DNA of 62,632 nucleotides from Octopus bimaculoides (GCF_001194135.2 NC_068989.1:56654125-56716756), one strand, 5' to 3'. Shown: positions 26,441-39,480, counted from the stretch's first letter. The notes: a model not told the origin generated them from the sequence alone. Numbers and translations are program-made.

Positions 26441-27168
26441 CCATATTTGCCAGCGTATAAGATGCACTGTTTTTTTTATTTTTAAATGTATCAAAAAATT
26501 GTCCTGTATCTAATGTGGTCATATGATGGATGGGAGACTGCATGTTGTAGGCTAGTGATCCAGATAAACATAAATCTGCTTAGTAAAATAATTGTTACTA
26601 ATAATAAAATATAAAAAACAAGCCAAAATATCACAGACTGTTAGCACAAACTTAGGAAAACTTACTTATAATAGGTTGGCAGTTATGTGGAGAGGACACA
26701 TCATCCCATTATACCCCCTTCCTCAGCATACATAACCCAGATCTGATATGCATCTTACTTTATTTAATGAAATTTGTTACTTTTAAAAAACAGTTTTTAA
26801 TAGTCTAAAATTTTCCCAGAAAGATGAAAGGAATGTTAACAAACTTAGCAAACTTTCACCCACTCTCAGATGCTGGCAATGCACGGATGATGACAAAACC
26901 AGAGATGGTGCACCACCATAGTGGCTGATTGTGGTTACATAAAACATCACAGCCAAAATATAAATAACTATAAAGTCGAACTATGAGAAGATGAAATTAA
27001 AATATGATATTCCCATAAAATAGTTTATCTATGACACACTTAGGGTTTCAAATTTTATTGCTGTATGCTATCAATATCGTTTTTTTACTTTCAGAGAATC
27101 ATATTTTCCCCAACAAAACCAGGGGTATGTTTTATGCAAGGGTGTGTTTTATATGCTGGCAAATATGG
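26441..27168. mobile_element. Pogo/Tigger-like non-autonomous DNA transposon (728 bp) just 3' of the KLHL18 stop
   Basis: TA-CCATATTTGCCAGCGTATAAGATGCAC ... GTGTGTTTTATATGCTGGCAAATATGG-TA: 14-bp perfect (about 27-bp imperfect) TIRs with a TA target duplication. Confidence 0.85.
27054..27059 (-). promoter_or_regulatory. Candidate polyadenylation signal AATAAA for KLHL18
   Basis: TTTATT on plus = AATAAA on minus, ~145 nt after the stop, followed by GTGTGT and U-rich sequence; usage not demonstrated. Confidence 0.35.
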
Positions 27169-27202
27169 TAAAGGGTTGAAGATAGGATTTTAAAGACTAA
27201 TC

Positions 27203-27592
27203 TCAGAGCTCTGGTTCAGTTGGCATGACACCGACACCAACTCCACCTTCATGAGCACACATCGAAGCAGCAAAAGTCCATGTGTCCATTTCAGGGTCAT
27301 ACATCTCAACTGAGTTCAGGTTAGCCACACCATCATAGCCACCAATAGCATAGAGCTTGCCACATGTTGCAACAAGCGCCACTCTGCTACGTTTCAAGTT
27401 CATATGTTTTACGTACGTCCATGTTTGTGTGCAAGGATCGTAACGCTCTACCGTTCGCAGAAATACAGATCCATCGTAGCCACCGGCAGCATAGAGCTTG
27501 CCATTGAGGGTAGCCACTCCCAGACGGCATCGCTTGGACTGCATGGGTTGAACCATCCACCAGGTGTTTGTCGCTGGGTTGTAGCACTCAAC
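27203..27592 (-). CDS. KLHL18: KLHL18 terminal coding exon (390 bp incl. TGA; last kelch repeats)
   Basis: ttgcag|GTT GAG TGC...; VECYNPATNTWWMVQPMQSKRCRLG...MCAHEGGVGVGVMPTEPEL*; the HEGGVGVG C-terminal motif is characteristic of KLHL18. Confidence 0.96.
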   Translation of the reverse strand, partial: VECYNPATNTWWMVQPMQSKRCRLGVATLNGKLYAAGGYDGSVFLRTVERYDPCTQTWTYVKHMNLKRSRVALVATCGKLYAIGGYDGVANLNSVEMYDPEMDTWTFAASMCAHEGGVGVGVMPTEPEL

Positions 27593-28694
27593 CTGCAATA
27601 AAGAAAATATCCAGTTCCAGAAAATAAGACTCTTACTATAGGCATTCTATAAATATTTCCTTAGAAATAGAGCAACTGCCCTTGTTGTGACAAATATTAC
27701 ATACTATGGAACACTTAACTAGCAAAAGGTTTGTCTTATTAGGTAAGGTTAACTGCTAAGTCAGCTATAATGGCTCAAGGCTCTTAAAATGTTGCAATGG
27801 AAAAATACAAAAAGAACCTAGTTTAATCATGAAGAAAGATCAACAACTTTGGAACTTTGAGTGGAAAACAAAAATTTCCCATAAATTCTAATGTTTTCTT
27901 TTTCTTACAAATATTAATAATGCGAAATGGCATGATTTAGAAGATTGCTTCCCAATCACGTGGTCTTAGGTTCAGTCCCCGTGTATGGTACTTTAGGTAA
28001 GTAACTTCTATTATAGTTCTAGGTCAGTCAAAGCCTTGTGAATGGATTTGGTAGACAGAAACTAAAAGAAGCCAATCACGAGAGTGTGCAAGCATGTGTG
28101 TGAACCCTTATGTTGACAACATGTGATGCTTGTAAACAAGTGTCACTGTCATACAAGCAATGTTGTTGATTTCTGATCTTTCATAAAAAACATGCATGGC
28201 CAAGCGAAAATATTACTTTGCTTGGAAATAGGTGAGGATTGGCAACAGGAAGGGGGTCCAGCCTTAGAAAATCTGCCACAACAAATTCTGTTTGACTCAT
28301 GCAAGCATGAAAAAGTGGACATTATATGATGATGATGATGAATATTAGAAAAGCTTAATTTACAACAAGGTTAATTCAGCACTTGATCAACAATCCAGCT
28401 GTGACCTTTCCATCTTTCATAGAAAGATCTTTCAAATTTTCAACCTTTTTGAGAAACAGGGTGTTTATTATATGAAGTAAACCATAGCAATAACATAGAA
28501 GCATCCTCTGTGGCAATAATTCACAGGAGGTATCTGATATTTTGACAGGAACCACTACAGTTTTGTGAAATGGTCACTACAATCTGATAGGTTTTTTTTT
28601 AAGAGTTTACTTTAAAACCTCTATGACTCAACCAATTTAATATGCTAACTGTTCGGACTATCTGATAAAAAAAATATTTGAAATATTCTCTTAC

Positions 28695-28806
28695 AGAGTC
28701 AAATATCGAAAGACCATCATGTCCTCCGCAAGCATATATCTCTTCGTCTAAAACAGCTACTCCTGCTGCACTGCGGTGCTTTAACATATTGGAAATAATT
28801 GTCCAC
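28695..28806 (-). CDS. KLHL18: KLHL18 coding exon I (112 bp, kelch)
   Basis: ttttcag|G TGG ACA...GAC TCT|gtaaga; WTIISNMLKHRSAAGVAVLDEEIYACGGHDGLSIFDS; phase 2/0. Confidence 0.95.
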
Positions 28807-29120
28807 CTGAAAAAATATAAACAAATAATAGTTTGGAAATATCCACTGGAATAAGTTCAAATACTACCATGGAGTAATGGCAGTGGTTAGGTAATAAGGA
28901 GGTTGAGTAAATTCCCAAATATAAGAACACTTAGGACATTCTACTTCATGAACAATAGTTCAAATACCATGGGGAGGGGAGGGCCTTTGTCTGAGAGTAA
29001 AAAGATAGGAATAAGAAAATACATTTAACCATAGGTGTTAAACCATACACATCTATTGCTTGTGCCACTGAATAACACCAAGAAACAAGAACAATAAAAT
29101 AAAATATAGAAGATACCTAC

Positions 29121-29225
29121 ACATTGATCTTTGGATCATAGACTTCTACAGATCGTAGAGAAGACACACCATCATAGCCGCCACAGATGTAGAGTTTCCT
29201 TCCAAGGGATGCAGCACCAAGGGCA
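29121..29225 (-). CDS. KLHL18: KLHL18 coding exon H (105 bp, kelch)
   Basis: atttcag|T GCC CTT...AAT GT|gtaggt; ALGAASLGRKLYICGGYDGVSSLRSVEVYDPKIN(V); phase 2/2, required by the next exon starting G-TGG. Confidence 0.92.
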
Positions 29226-29401
29226 CTGAAATAATTGTGAAATAAAATTCTTGATTAGAGGTAGAATTACTTCAATATATTCTGAGATAGCAGCCATACA
29301 TTAATATTTTAATACTTGTTTCTGATTTATTCACAAGGATAGCAACTTTGATGGGAGGGGATCAGACGATTTCATCAACCCCTAGAACTTGCTTGGTACT
29401 T

Positions 29402-29830
29402 TGAGACCTTTGGAAATGGGCTGTGCGTGAGAAGACCCGGCAAGCCAAGTAAGATCGTTGCCAGTGCCCCTGGACTGGTTCTTGTGCGGGTGGCACATGA
29501 GATGCACCATTTTGAGCGTGGCCGTTGCCAGTACCGCCTGACTGGCTCCTGTAGGATTTTCGAGCGAGATCGTTGCCAGTGCCCCTGGACTGGCTTGTGC
29601 GGGTGGCACATAAAAGACACCATTTCGAGCGTGGCCGTTTTCGTGCGGGTGACATGTAAAAGCACCCACTACACTCTCTGAGTGGTTGGCGTTAGGAAGG
29701 GCATCCAGCTGTAGAAACTCTGCCAAATCAGACTGGAGCCTGGTGTTGCCATCCGGTTTCACCAGTCCTCAGTCAAATCGTCCAACCCATGCTAGCATGG
29801 AAAGCGGACGTTAAACGATGATGATGATGA
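29402..29830 (+). mobile_element. RTE LINE 3'-end copy, apparently young
   Basis: Same 3' UTR family with intact CpGs, ending aaacgatgatgatgatga. Confidence 0.85.
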
Positions 29831-32598
29831 AAGGGTGAAAGGCAAAGTTGACTTTAGCAACATGTGAACTGAAACTGTAAAGAGCAGGAACGGATATAGA
29901 AAAGCATATTGTCCAACACTCTAACCATTCTGCCAGCTTGCCACCTTAGTAAACATTTTAATAATAGTACAAGCAAAAGGGCTAGGTTTAGAATTTGTTT
30001 TTGTTTGGTGTTTGACATCTATTGTTTTCTGTTTCCAATGAGAGAATGTTTGAGTAAATTTAATATATTTTATATTCATTTACCTTGTTTTATTAGGAGT
30101 AGCAAATTGGTTTAACTGCTTATTTTTTAAACATTCAACCTTCAAATGAGAATGAAGCTTGTTAGCAAATCAGACTGAAACAAGTTCAGTTAGATGTCAT
30201 AACAGGGTGTCTGTAGTGGTAAGCACTGCAGCACCTTACCTCACTGATATTGAGCACTCAATAATGCAAAAATGTGAAAATTCAGTTGGTCTTCAATTTA
30301 AAGAAAAAATAACTGTAAATTGTCCACAAAAATTTCAAAATTATAATAGTGTATGAATGCTTATATGATGATGAACTTATTCGCAACTACCACACAATAT
30401 CAAACAAAGGACACGGACATATAGGTAACAATCTCAGTATTCCAAGTTAGCAAACTGGCTTTGATACCAAGTTGTAGTTAGTTCCCTTTACTTTCAATCT
30501 TACTGATCCTAAGAAAAGGTATGAACATTGCAATTCAAATACAGCCATCTTCTAAAAGACCAAGATTTAATGTTTTCGTTACAATATTTCATTTAAAATA
30601 CACTGCATTTATTTCCAGTTACTTGGAAGATACAGAATTCAGTAAAATAAACTTGTTATCAAGCTGCAAGTGTCTTCAACTATAACTCCAGGCTAACCTA
30701 AGCTTTGTGAGTGGTTTTGATAGAGAGAAACTGAAAAAAAAACATTGCATATGTATGTGTGTATTTGTCCTTTTGGGAGACGGAAACTGAAAGAAGCTCC
30801 TTGTGTGTGTGTGCGTGAGTGTGAGTATGTGTGTGTGTAAGTATGTATGTAAGAGAGAGAGTGTGCATGCGTGAGTGTGTTTGTGTGTATTTATGTGAGT
30901 GTGTGGATGTATGTCTCCTTCTCTCTATCTCTTTGTTTTGGCAACACAAAATCAATATAAATGGGTGTCACTATCATATTAGTGGTGTCTCTCATGCCCA
31001 GTGCTGGGCAAATATTTCCTAATTTAAAAAAAGGTGACGTTGGTACATCCATTGTAGAGTATAAAAGTAAACAAGTAAAGGAATAAAGGTTGATGAACTT
31101 ATACTTTTTAAATCAGTGACTTTCATTTCAGTAAAAGACGGAAATTTTTATTTCAATCAAAATGGGTTATACATATAAAAAAAAACTATCCAGTGAGCTT
31201 GTTAAAAAATATATATATATTAGTAACAGAAGCAGTATTTAATACCAAGAGGTAATATTTATTCCTACTTTAAATGTGGATATTCTCTGTTAGTACAAAG
31301 TATACTGCAATAGCTACCATGAGAGAAACTCTCATATTGGCTTTTGGTGCAAAATGCACTCTTGTTCATATTGTAAGTGGGGAGATAAATTCCCACCACT
31401 TCTAGCACCAAAACCACCAGATCATGTGATTTCAACCTTCCTTGGTCTTGTCAATGGTGGGTGCTCAATCACTAGAGATAGCAGTGACTCATCTCTCCAC
31501 CAACAATATATAGAAAACAGTGCCAGAATAGGCCCCAAGGTCATGATTATTCAGTGATATTGTTAAAAAATATATATTTGCAACAGAGGCAGTACTAACA
31601 CCGAGAGGTAATATTTATTCCCACTTAAACATAGATGTTCTTTTAGAACAAAGTATGGTGCAGTAGATACTTTGAAAAATTATATAAGTCTACATGTTAT
31701 TAAATGAAAGTTCCTCTAATCATTTCTTCAGACTAAGTTATGACCAGAGGTAAAGGTAGTGGTTTTCACCAGGTCCAGGTGAGGGTGGGTAACAAGAAAG
31801 ACATGTGGCCACAGAAAATTTGCTTCAACAAATTCTGACTGACCCATACAAGTATGGAAAAGTGGACATTAAAAGGCTATGATGATGATGACTTGTTTTG
31901 AAGTACAAATAAAATGGATCTGTTTATAAATATGGCCACATTATCGGATGGACATATGTTATGTGACACTATATACACTGGAAGGTGTTGTACATTTAAG
32001 AAAATCGGTATATATAAAATATCAGGCTTAAATAATTCTATATTTTAGTGTCTGTGTATGAAATCTCCAGCATCAACTTAAGGAGTACAGTAGTTGTTTC
32101 TAAGGGAGATAATTCTTATAATTTTTTTAACAGGAAAACTAGTTCTTAGTAGCTGGCTGGTATTTCTGGTTGTAACTGAACTTTTATAAAGTAATTATTG
32201 ATTTCTAACATAGGTTAGGACATAAAATTTTAAGAGCGATGTATAATCAATATTTAGTTTCTCAACACTACTTTATTTCATTGACACCAAAATTATGATA
32301 GGTGAAGTTGACATCATTTACTCAGTATAAAAGGCTGTAATTAAATCATCGTCCACTTTTTCAAGCTTGCATGAATCAGATCGAATTCTTTGAGACATAT
32401 TTTCAATGTTCAAATGCCTTACCTGTCGCCAACTCTCACCTGTTTCCAAGCAAGGTAATATTTTGCTATGGTCAGACATGTTTTTTTGACATTAATTGGA
32501 AATGAATGACAGTGTATGAATGCTTATATGATGGTGAACTTGTTTGCAACTACCACACAATATCAAACAAAGGACACAGACATATAGGTATATAAATA

Positions 32599-32629
<31 letters not shown>

Positions 32630-34707
32630 GATGGGCTTCTTTCAGTTTCTGTCTACCATATCTATCCTCAAGGTTGTGGTCAACCAAGGACTAGAGCAGA
32701 AGACACTTGCTGCACTGTGAAGTCAAACTCAAAACCATGTGGCTGGGAAGCAAACATTCTAACTGCACAGCCATGCCTGTGCCTTGTCAAAACATAAAAT
32801 AATAAAGTTAAATTGGAATAATGAATTGAAAGTGTGATTAAACAATTGAAGCCAAAAGAAACTTAGAAAAATTATTGGTTTCAAATTTTGCACAAGGCCA
32901 ACAATTTTGGGGTAAGGGGTAAGTCTTTTACATTGACCCGTGATCAACTGGTACTTTTTTTTATCAAACCCGAAAGGATGAAAAACAAAGTTGACCTTAG
33001 TGGAATTTGAACTCAGGACATATATATAGATAAAATGCAGCTAAGTATTTTGCCTGATGTACTAACGAGTCTGTCAGCTTACTGCCTTAAACCTAGAAAA
33101 TATTAAAATTTTTTAACTATAAGAAAATGTATTTAAAGCAAATTGAATCTATTTTTCACTACACAAATAGGCACAGGTGTGAGTATATAGTTGAGAGGTT
33201 TACTTCTCAACCACATTGTTTCAAGTTCAGTGTTATTGTACCTTGCATGGTACCTTAAGCAAGTGTCTTCTACTATAGACCCAGGCAGACTAAAGCTTTA
33301 AGTAGATTTGGTAGATGGAAACTGAAAGAAGCCCATCTTTTCTGTATGTGTGTGTGCGTGCACATGCACACACTAGAGTCTCTCTTGACATTGCATGATA
33401 TTAGTAAAGGAGCATCACAGTCATATAAGAGGTGTCCATTTCCAATCTTCCATGAAAATAAATCTGGCTAGGGCAAATACGACTTTACTTGGAAACAGGT
33501 GAAGGTTGGTGACAGGAAGGACATCTGGGACCCATGTGAACATAGGAAAGTGGATGTTATAATGATAATTAATATACAATTTTTTAAAATTGTTATTTAA
33601 TTATTTTTCTTTTTAAAGAAAGGTGGGTAATGGAGTAGCAAGCTTGAACTAAATATCTTGAAAGAGTTAGTATGTCTTCTAACAATCAGAATTCCTAAGT
33701 TTTAATTCCTCTGAAACTAACTCAAATGCCAGAAATATATTGGCATTAGTTTTAAATCCATTACACTCTTTTACTCCAAAATAATAACTTTCCACCTAAG
33801 AGTGAATAATGTGGTCTCATGATAATAAACTCAAAGCTTGCTAGTAGTTTTAATGCTGCCACAGANNNNNNNNNNATTATTTCCTAATTCTCTCCAACAA
33901 CAAAATAATCATATCTAATAACATAATATCAATAGACACAGGCCTCGCTGTGTGTTTAAGAAGTTCACTTCTCAATCACATGGTTCTGGATTCAATGCTA
34001 CTGCATAAAACTTTGGGCAAATGTCTTCTATAGCCTCAGGCTAACCAAAGCCTTATGAGTGGTTTGGTAGACAAAAACTGATAAAAGCCTGTCGTGTGTG
34101 TTTTCTCCCCTTGTTTCGACATCTTATGATAGAGATGAGTGAATGTTACTATCATGCATGCAGTGGTCATTTGTTTTCAGTCTTCTTTGAAAACATTTCC
34201 AGTTTGGGATGATATTACATTACCTAGAAACAGGTGAGGGTTGGTTACAAGAAGGGCATCTGGCTGTAGAAAACCTGCTACAATAAACTCTGTCTGCCCC
34301 ATGGATATTAAAATAATGATGATGGTGAATCCCATGAACAAATAATATATTATTTAGTGTGATAATACTTATAAGATCCTTTCACAGGTTACATAGTTCA
34401 ATGCTGATGATGTCAGTAGAGGAAAATGTGGCAGGGAAGGAATTTTAGCGAGTTGTAGTTCTGTGAAAGAAGGATAAAAGACAAAAATGCTTAGTAAAAG
34501 TTGGTGTAATGGAATGAGAGGCGAAGGTACTATAACTGGTTTAGATGATGAAAGTACCCTAGCAAATTCTGTTTTTGATCCTTCAATGTTAAAGTAAGTA
34601 CCAGTACTATACTTGACGAACTAATAAACTACATCTTTGCTCTAAAAACCTTCAGTTTTATATAAATCAATATAGATTTGTAAGAACGGAAATTAGAAAT
34701 AGCTTAC

Positions 34708-34822
34708 CTTCTTTTACAGTTCATAGATGCAACTTTCCTCCATCGTTTTGTATCAGGCTTAAATACTTCAACTGTACTCAGCCTATCTTGACCATCATAT
34801 CCTCCAATGGCATAAAGCTTTG
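34708..34822 (-). CDS. KLHL18: KLHL18 coding exon G (115 bp, kelch)
   Basis: tttgtag|CA AAG CTT...AGA AG|gtaag; (S)KLYAIGGYDGQDRLSTVEVFKPDTKRWRKVASMNCKR(S); phase 1/2. Confidence 0.95.
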
Positions 34823-36789
34823 CTACAAAAATCAACAGTGATATTTGTTTTACTAGCGAACAATTTTCAAAAGAACAAATTTTTAATTGTCTTTACATCT
34901 GTATTACCTGCTAGCTTTTTATTTTGTCTTTTTATTGGTTTCATCTGCAAGAAAAGACTGTAGCCATGGTCCTCACAGGCTCTCCAAGATTAATAAGACT
35001 GATATCATTAGCCCTTGTTACCATATTTCCGCTAAAATACTGCTTTGTTTCTATCAATTTTGAACATAATGAAAAACTTAGTGAAATGACTTGTTATTAA
35101 GGTGGTGTTTGGAACATAACATGAAATTTTAATGGAAAGTTATAATTTAATCACTTTAAAACAGGAAGTTTGTATCACAGAACAGAAGCAATCTCAGGCA
35201 GATTGGCATGAAGAAGGTTGACATTCCTCTTGGAAAGTTGCAAGTCAATGGCTGCAGGGAAGGCTGACATTGAGACAAGGAAGGACTACCAATAGTGCCT
35301 GAACACAGGTAGCACATGATCAGCCAGCAGCAAGGGTAAGAGGCCATCCACTGTGGTAGTAGTAGAAAAGGCTAAGAGAGGAAATAGCAGGTTTGTGGGC
35401 CAGAAATTGGATTGTAATGATGAGCAGCTAACATTTGGGACAAAATATTACAAATCCAAGTGAATTGCTATTCAATCAGCATTGTGCATCCAATTTTAAA
35501 CTAAGAACTTCTCCTTACAGTGCTGATACAGTGAGAAGGTGAAAAATTCAATACAGGACTGTATTTGCTTGTTCCTGTTATTCTTTAATATTACTCAGGT
35601 GATTGAGACCACACAACACTATAGAATAGTGGGATCACAGCACTATAGAATAGTAGGATCAACGTCATAGAATAGTAGTACTATACAACACCAATTTAAC
35701 AATGTCTTTCCCAAATAATGAAAGGCCTAGCAAACTGAACTGATTAGAAGTCAAACTTGCTTCAGCAAAATCCTAACCAATGTTAAAATGAGAATCTAAT
35801 GATAAAGTGTTACCTCAGCAGCAACATCACCAATGTCTCACCTAAATTTACTCACAAACAAGACAATATGATGAATATATTTTTGTTACTTAATCAAGGG
35901 ATAGATGATGTATGTCCATGATATGTACAAGTCCTCTCAAATGGTGAGATTAATGTAGATTGATATTTATAGAGAAAACATAACCATGGAGAAAGAGTCG
36001 CCTTACTGTTGTCCCAGACAGGAAAGATTGAGAAGCGCTTATTTTGGTGTTTATTGAGACAGTAATGATGACAAGAGGAGGGATGTGTTTATGAAGTGAT
36101 AGTGCAAAATAAGTATCTCAGAAGAACACAAGCCCCTATAGTGGGAATAACTGAAGCAGTTAGAAGAATCAGTACAGCTGTGAGCTAGAGATTGTAGAGA
36201 TTATGTTTGTGAGTGGTCTTTATTTTCTAAATGTTGTGTCAGATATTAGTGCATGTAACTGCAACATGATCCCAGATATGTGAGCAGTTCTTTAACCCTT
36301 TTGTTATCATATTTCTATTGAAAAACACAGCTGATATTTCAAATAATTTTGAAAATAATGAAGAACTTGGTAAAAAAAATTGTGTCATTATTCAGCTGGT
36401 GCTTGGAATATAAACTAATATGAAAATTTGATGGAAGGTTTTCAATTAAGATCACTTTAAATGGAAAGTTTGTGTTAGAGAATCAAGGGCAATGTCAGGT
36501 AGGTTGGTATGAAAAGGGTTAAATGTGGGATGCATTTATGAAAGTTTTTCAGTAGCTGAAGAGACATTTAAAATTCATAGATGAAAGTATTAATATATTC
36601 ATGGTGCAGGAATGGTTGTGTTTTTAAGAAGCTTACTTCCCAAACACACTGGTCTGTATTCAGTCCTTCTGCATGGCACCTGGGGTAAATGTTTTCTACT
36701 ACAGCTCCAGGCTAACCAAACCCTTAAGAGTGGATTTGGTAGATGGTAACACACACACACATATATAAATATATATACAACATGGAAGT

Positions 36790-37215
36790 TTGCCATATAC
36801 AGATCATCATCATCATCATTTTGCATCCATTTTCCATGCTGGCATAGTTTGACTGAAACTGGTAAGCCAGAGAGCTGCACCAGGCTCTAGTCTGTTTTGG
36901 CTTGGTGTCTACAGCTAGATGCCCTTCCTAACACCAACCGCTCCATAGAGTGTACTGGGTACCTTTTATGTATAGCCAATACAGGTGCCTTTAACATCTC
37001 ACTGGAATGGGTGCCTTTAGCATGTCACCGACATGGGTGCTTTTATGTGTCACTGGCATAGATGCCTTTTACATGTCACCAGCATGGATGCCTCACATGT
37101 GTCATTGTCATGGCTGCCTCACACATGGCACCAGCACTTGTGCCATTCAAGTGTCACTGGCCATGATTATGATTTTACTTAGCTTGACATGTCTTCTCAA
37201 GTACAATAAATTGCC
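36790..37215 (-). mobile_element. RTE LINE 3'-end copy (reverse orientation)
   Basis: catcatcatcat...ttccatgctggcat...gatgcccttcctaac is the reverse complement of the family tail. Confidence 0.75.
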
Positions 37216-37945
37216 AAAAGTTTTAGTCACTTATATACATGCTTATAAATGTAAGTAAATATGTGGTATGTATGCGTGAGTGTTCGTGTCTCCTTGCATT
37301 GATAATGTGTGATAGCTGTAAATGAGAATCAACATCATACAAATGGTGTCCTTTATTTTCCATCTTCCATGAAAGTATATCCCTCCATGGGGAAATATTA
37401 TGTTGCTCAGAAACAAGTGAGGGTGGCAGAAAAGACATCCAGCTTTAAAGAAAGTCAGTTTCAATGAATTCTGTCTGGTCCATGCAAACATGGAAAAAAT
37501 AGGTGTTAAAATGATGATGATGATGATTTTTATTATTAATAATGGTTTTGAGTTTTGGCACAAAACCAGCAAGTTTGGGGAAGTGGAGAAGTCGATTACA
37601 TCAGTTCTAGTCCTTATCTTATTTCATTGGCTCTGAAAGAGTGAAAAGCAAAGTCAACATCAGCAGAATTTGAACTCGGAACATAAAGACAGATGAAATG
37701 CCACTAAACATTTAGCCTGGTGTGCTAACGATCCTGCCAGCTCACTACGCTGTTTATCATTAGTAATAACAGTAGTGAAGGTAACAGTTCAACAATCTAC
37801 TAAATCACACATATTTGATACACACACAGAGCAGTAATGACAGCAGAAATAGCAGCAATAGTTTTCTTGACATACGGTAGCACAATTATAGTAAATTATA
37901 ACTAATGAAACTGCTTTCATATGAAGAAGGTATTTAGTAACTTAC

Positions 37946-38053
37946 AATTAAGGACAGCCACACCAACTCGACTGCGCATGGTACTCATGGCTTCAGCTAT
38001 TTTCCATCTTCTGTTCACAGGGTCAAAACATTCCACTGTACTGAGAGAATCCC
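37946..38053 (-). CDS. KLHL18: KLHL18 coding exon F (108 bp, kelch)
   Basis: ctacag|GG GAT TCT...AAT T|gtaag; (G)[35 protein letters not shown]; phase 1/1. Confidence 0.95.
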
Positions 38054-39056
38054 CTGTAGAGGTACAAAGTAGAATTAAGAGAATCGTCCAAACACTTCTC
38101 TTTGATTCAGACATAAAATGAAAATAAATTTCTGCAGCTCTGGAGCTTTCTTGATGTATAAAATCATAAATATGGTTATAAAATGTATCAGTGTTGTCAA
38201 AATAGTCTAGATGTGATGCTATAATCCCTAGGATGTCTAACTAATTTTTAGCGTAGTGGTTAGGCATATATTCTTCTTAGTGTGTTCACAATATATAAAG
38301 TAGGTTGCAAGTTTAGACAATGATCACACTAAAGTTTCATTGAGGTTTTCAAATATTTTATTTATCAGCTTTGTTATACTTACAAATGTACATCCAATAA
38401 ATTAATGGAACAACATTCACTGATAGTAACAGTTAGGAATCTTCTGAATATAACTTGCTAGATAATATTATGAAAGTAGTACAAGGAATTTAAGCCACTG
38501 CATATGATTCATGTGCATTACTCAACACTACCAGTTACGTTTGGTGCTTTTGTTGAATATAATACAAACATGTTAAGTAAGAAAAGTGAAGAGGGGTAGA
38601 GACAAGTGATATAGATCCCTCTAGATGGCTGAGTGACTCTGGCCTGAGGTTGACTCTGCCAGCTTTTTATAAACATAAGCCAGATTCTAGAATCTTTGGT
38701 CAAACAGTTTGGCAAGAAAACTTGATGCATTACTTTGAAGTTTGCTGTATCAATCATAAGTCAGCCAGTATTGATTGACCAAGGCATATTTATGAAGACA
38801 TTCATGTCTTTTATAACAATGCTTTTCCTTTTATGGAGATACATTAGGTCATGGTTCTGAATTGAAGAATCTGAAAGTTATACTCCAAAACTCAACAGGG
38901 GTTTCACAACAAAATCAAATGATAAGATTTGGTCGAGAATAAAATATTAATCAAACAATAAGATTTGGTCAATCAATAAAATATTTTATTTCATCCAGGA
39001 TCAGTCTCCCAATTGGAGAGTTAGCAATGGTGGGCATTATAAGGAACACTATAAAT

Positions 39057-39313
39057 TGGTGGCTCTCAACCATTTTTTTGCTTATGGATCCCTTTGGTTT
39101 TTATTTTACTCAGGTGAACCCTCATAGCCAATCAATGTTTAAAAAAATCGTATTATATTTTGATACTTAAATATTATAAGGAATTGTATTAAAAAAATTG
39201 TTAAAATATTTTGTGTAGTGTCAAAGTATAATCAATTTGTTGCACATAAATCTTAACAAGAAAATCTTATGTGGGCTTCCAAGGGTCATCTGGACTCCAC
39301 TTGAGAACCACTG
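39057..39313. mobile_element. hAT-type MITE
   Basis: TIRs tggtggctctcaac / ttgagaaccactg; 8-bp TSD ctataaat / atataaat (7 of 8). Confidence 0.8.
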
Positions 39314-39343
39314 ATATAAATGATTGTAGTTGATTTTACTTAC

Positions 39344-39480
39344 CTGAGGAAGTTAATCCTCCAACAGCATATATTATTCCTGGTATATCAGTACAGCAGC
39401 GGGGCCGTGTCTTGAATGTTTGAAGTAGTGGGCGTCTTTCTGGCATCAAATGATAATCTTTAGCTTCATCCAGTAAGTCT
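39344..39480 (-). CDS. KLHL18: KLHL18 coding exon E (137 bp, linker and start of kelch 1)
   Basis: ttgtag|A GAC TTA...TCA G|gtaagt; [45 protein letters not shown]; phase 2/1. Confidence 0.95.
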
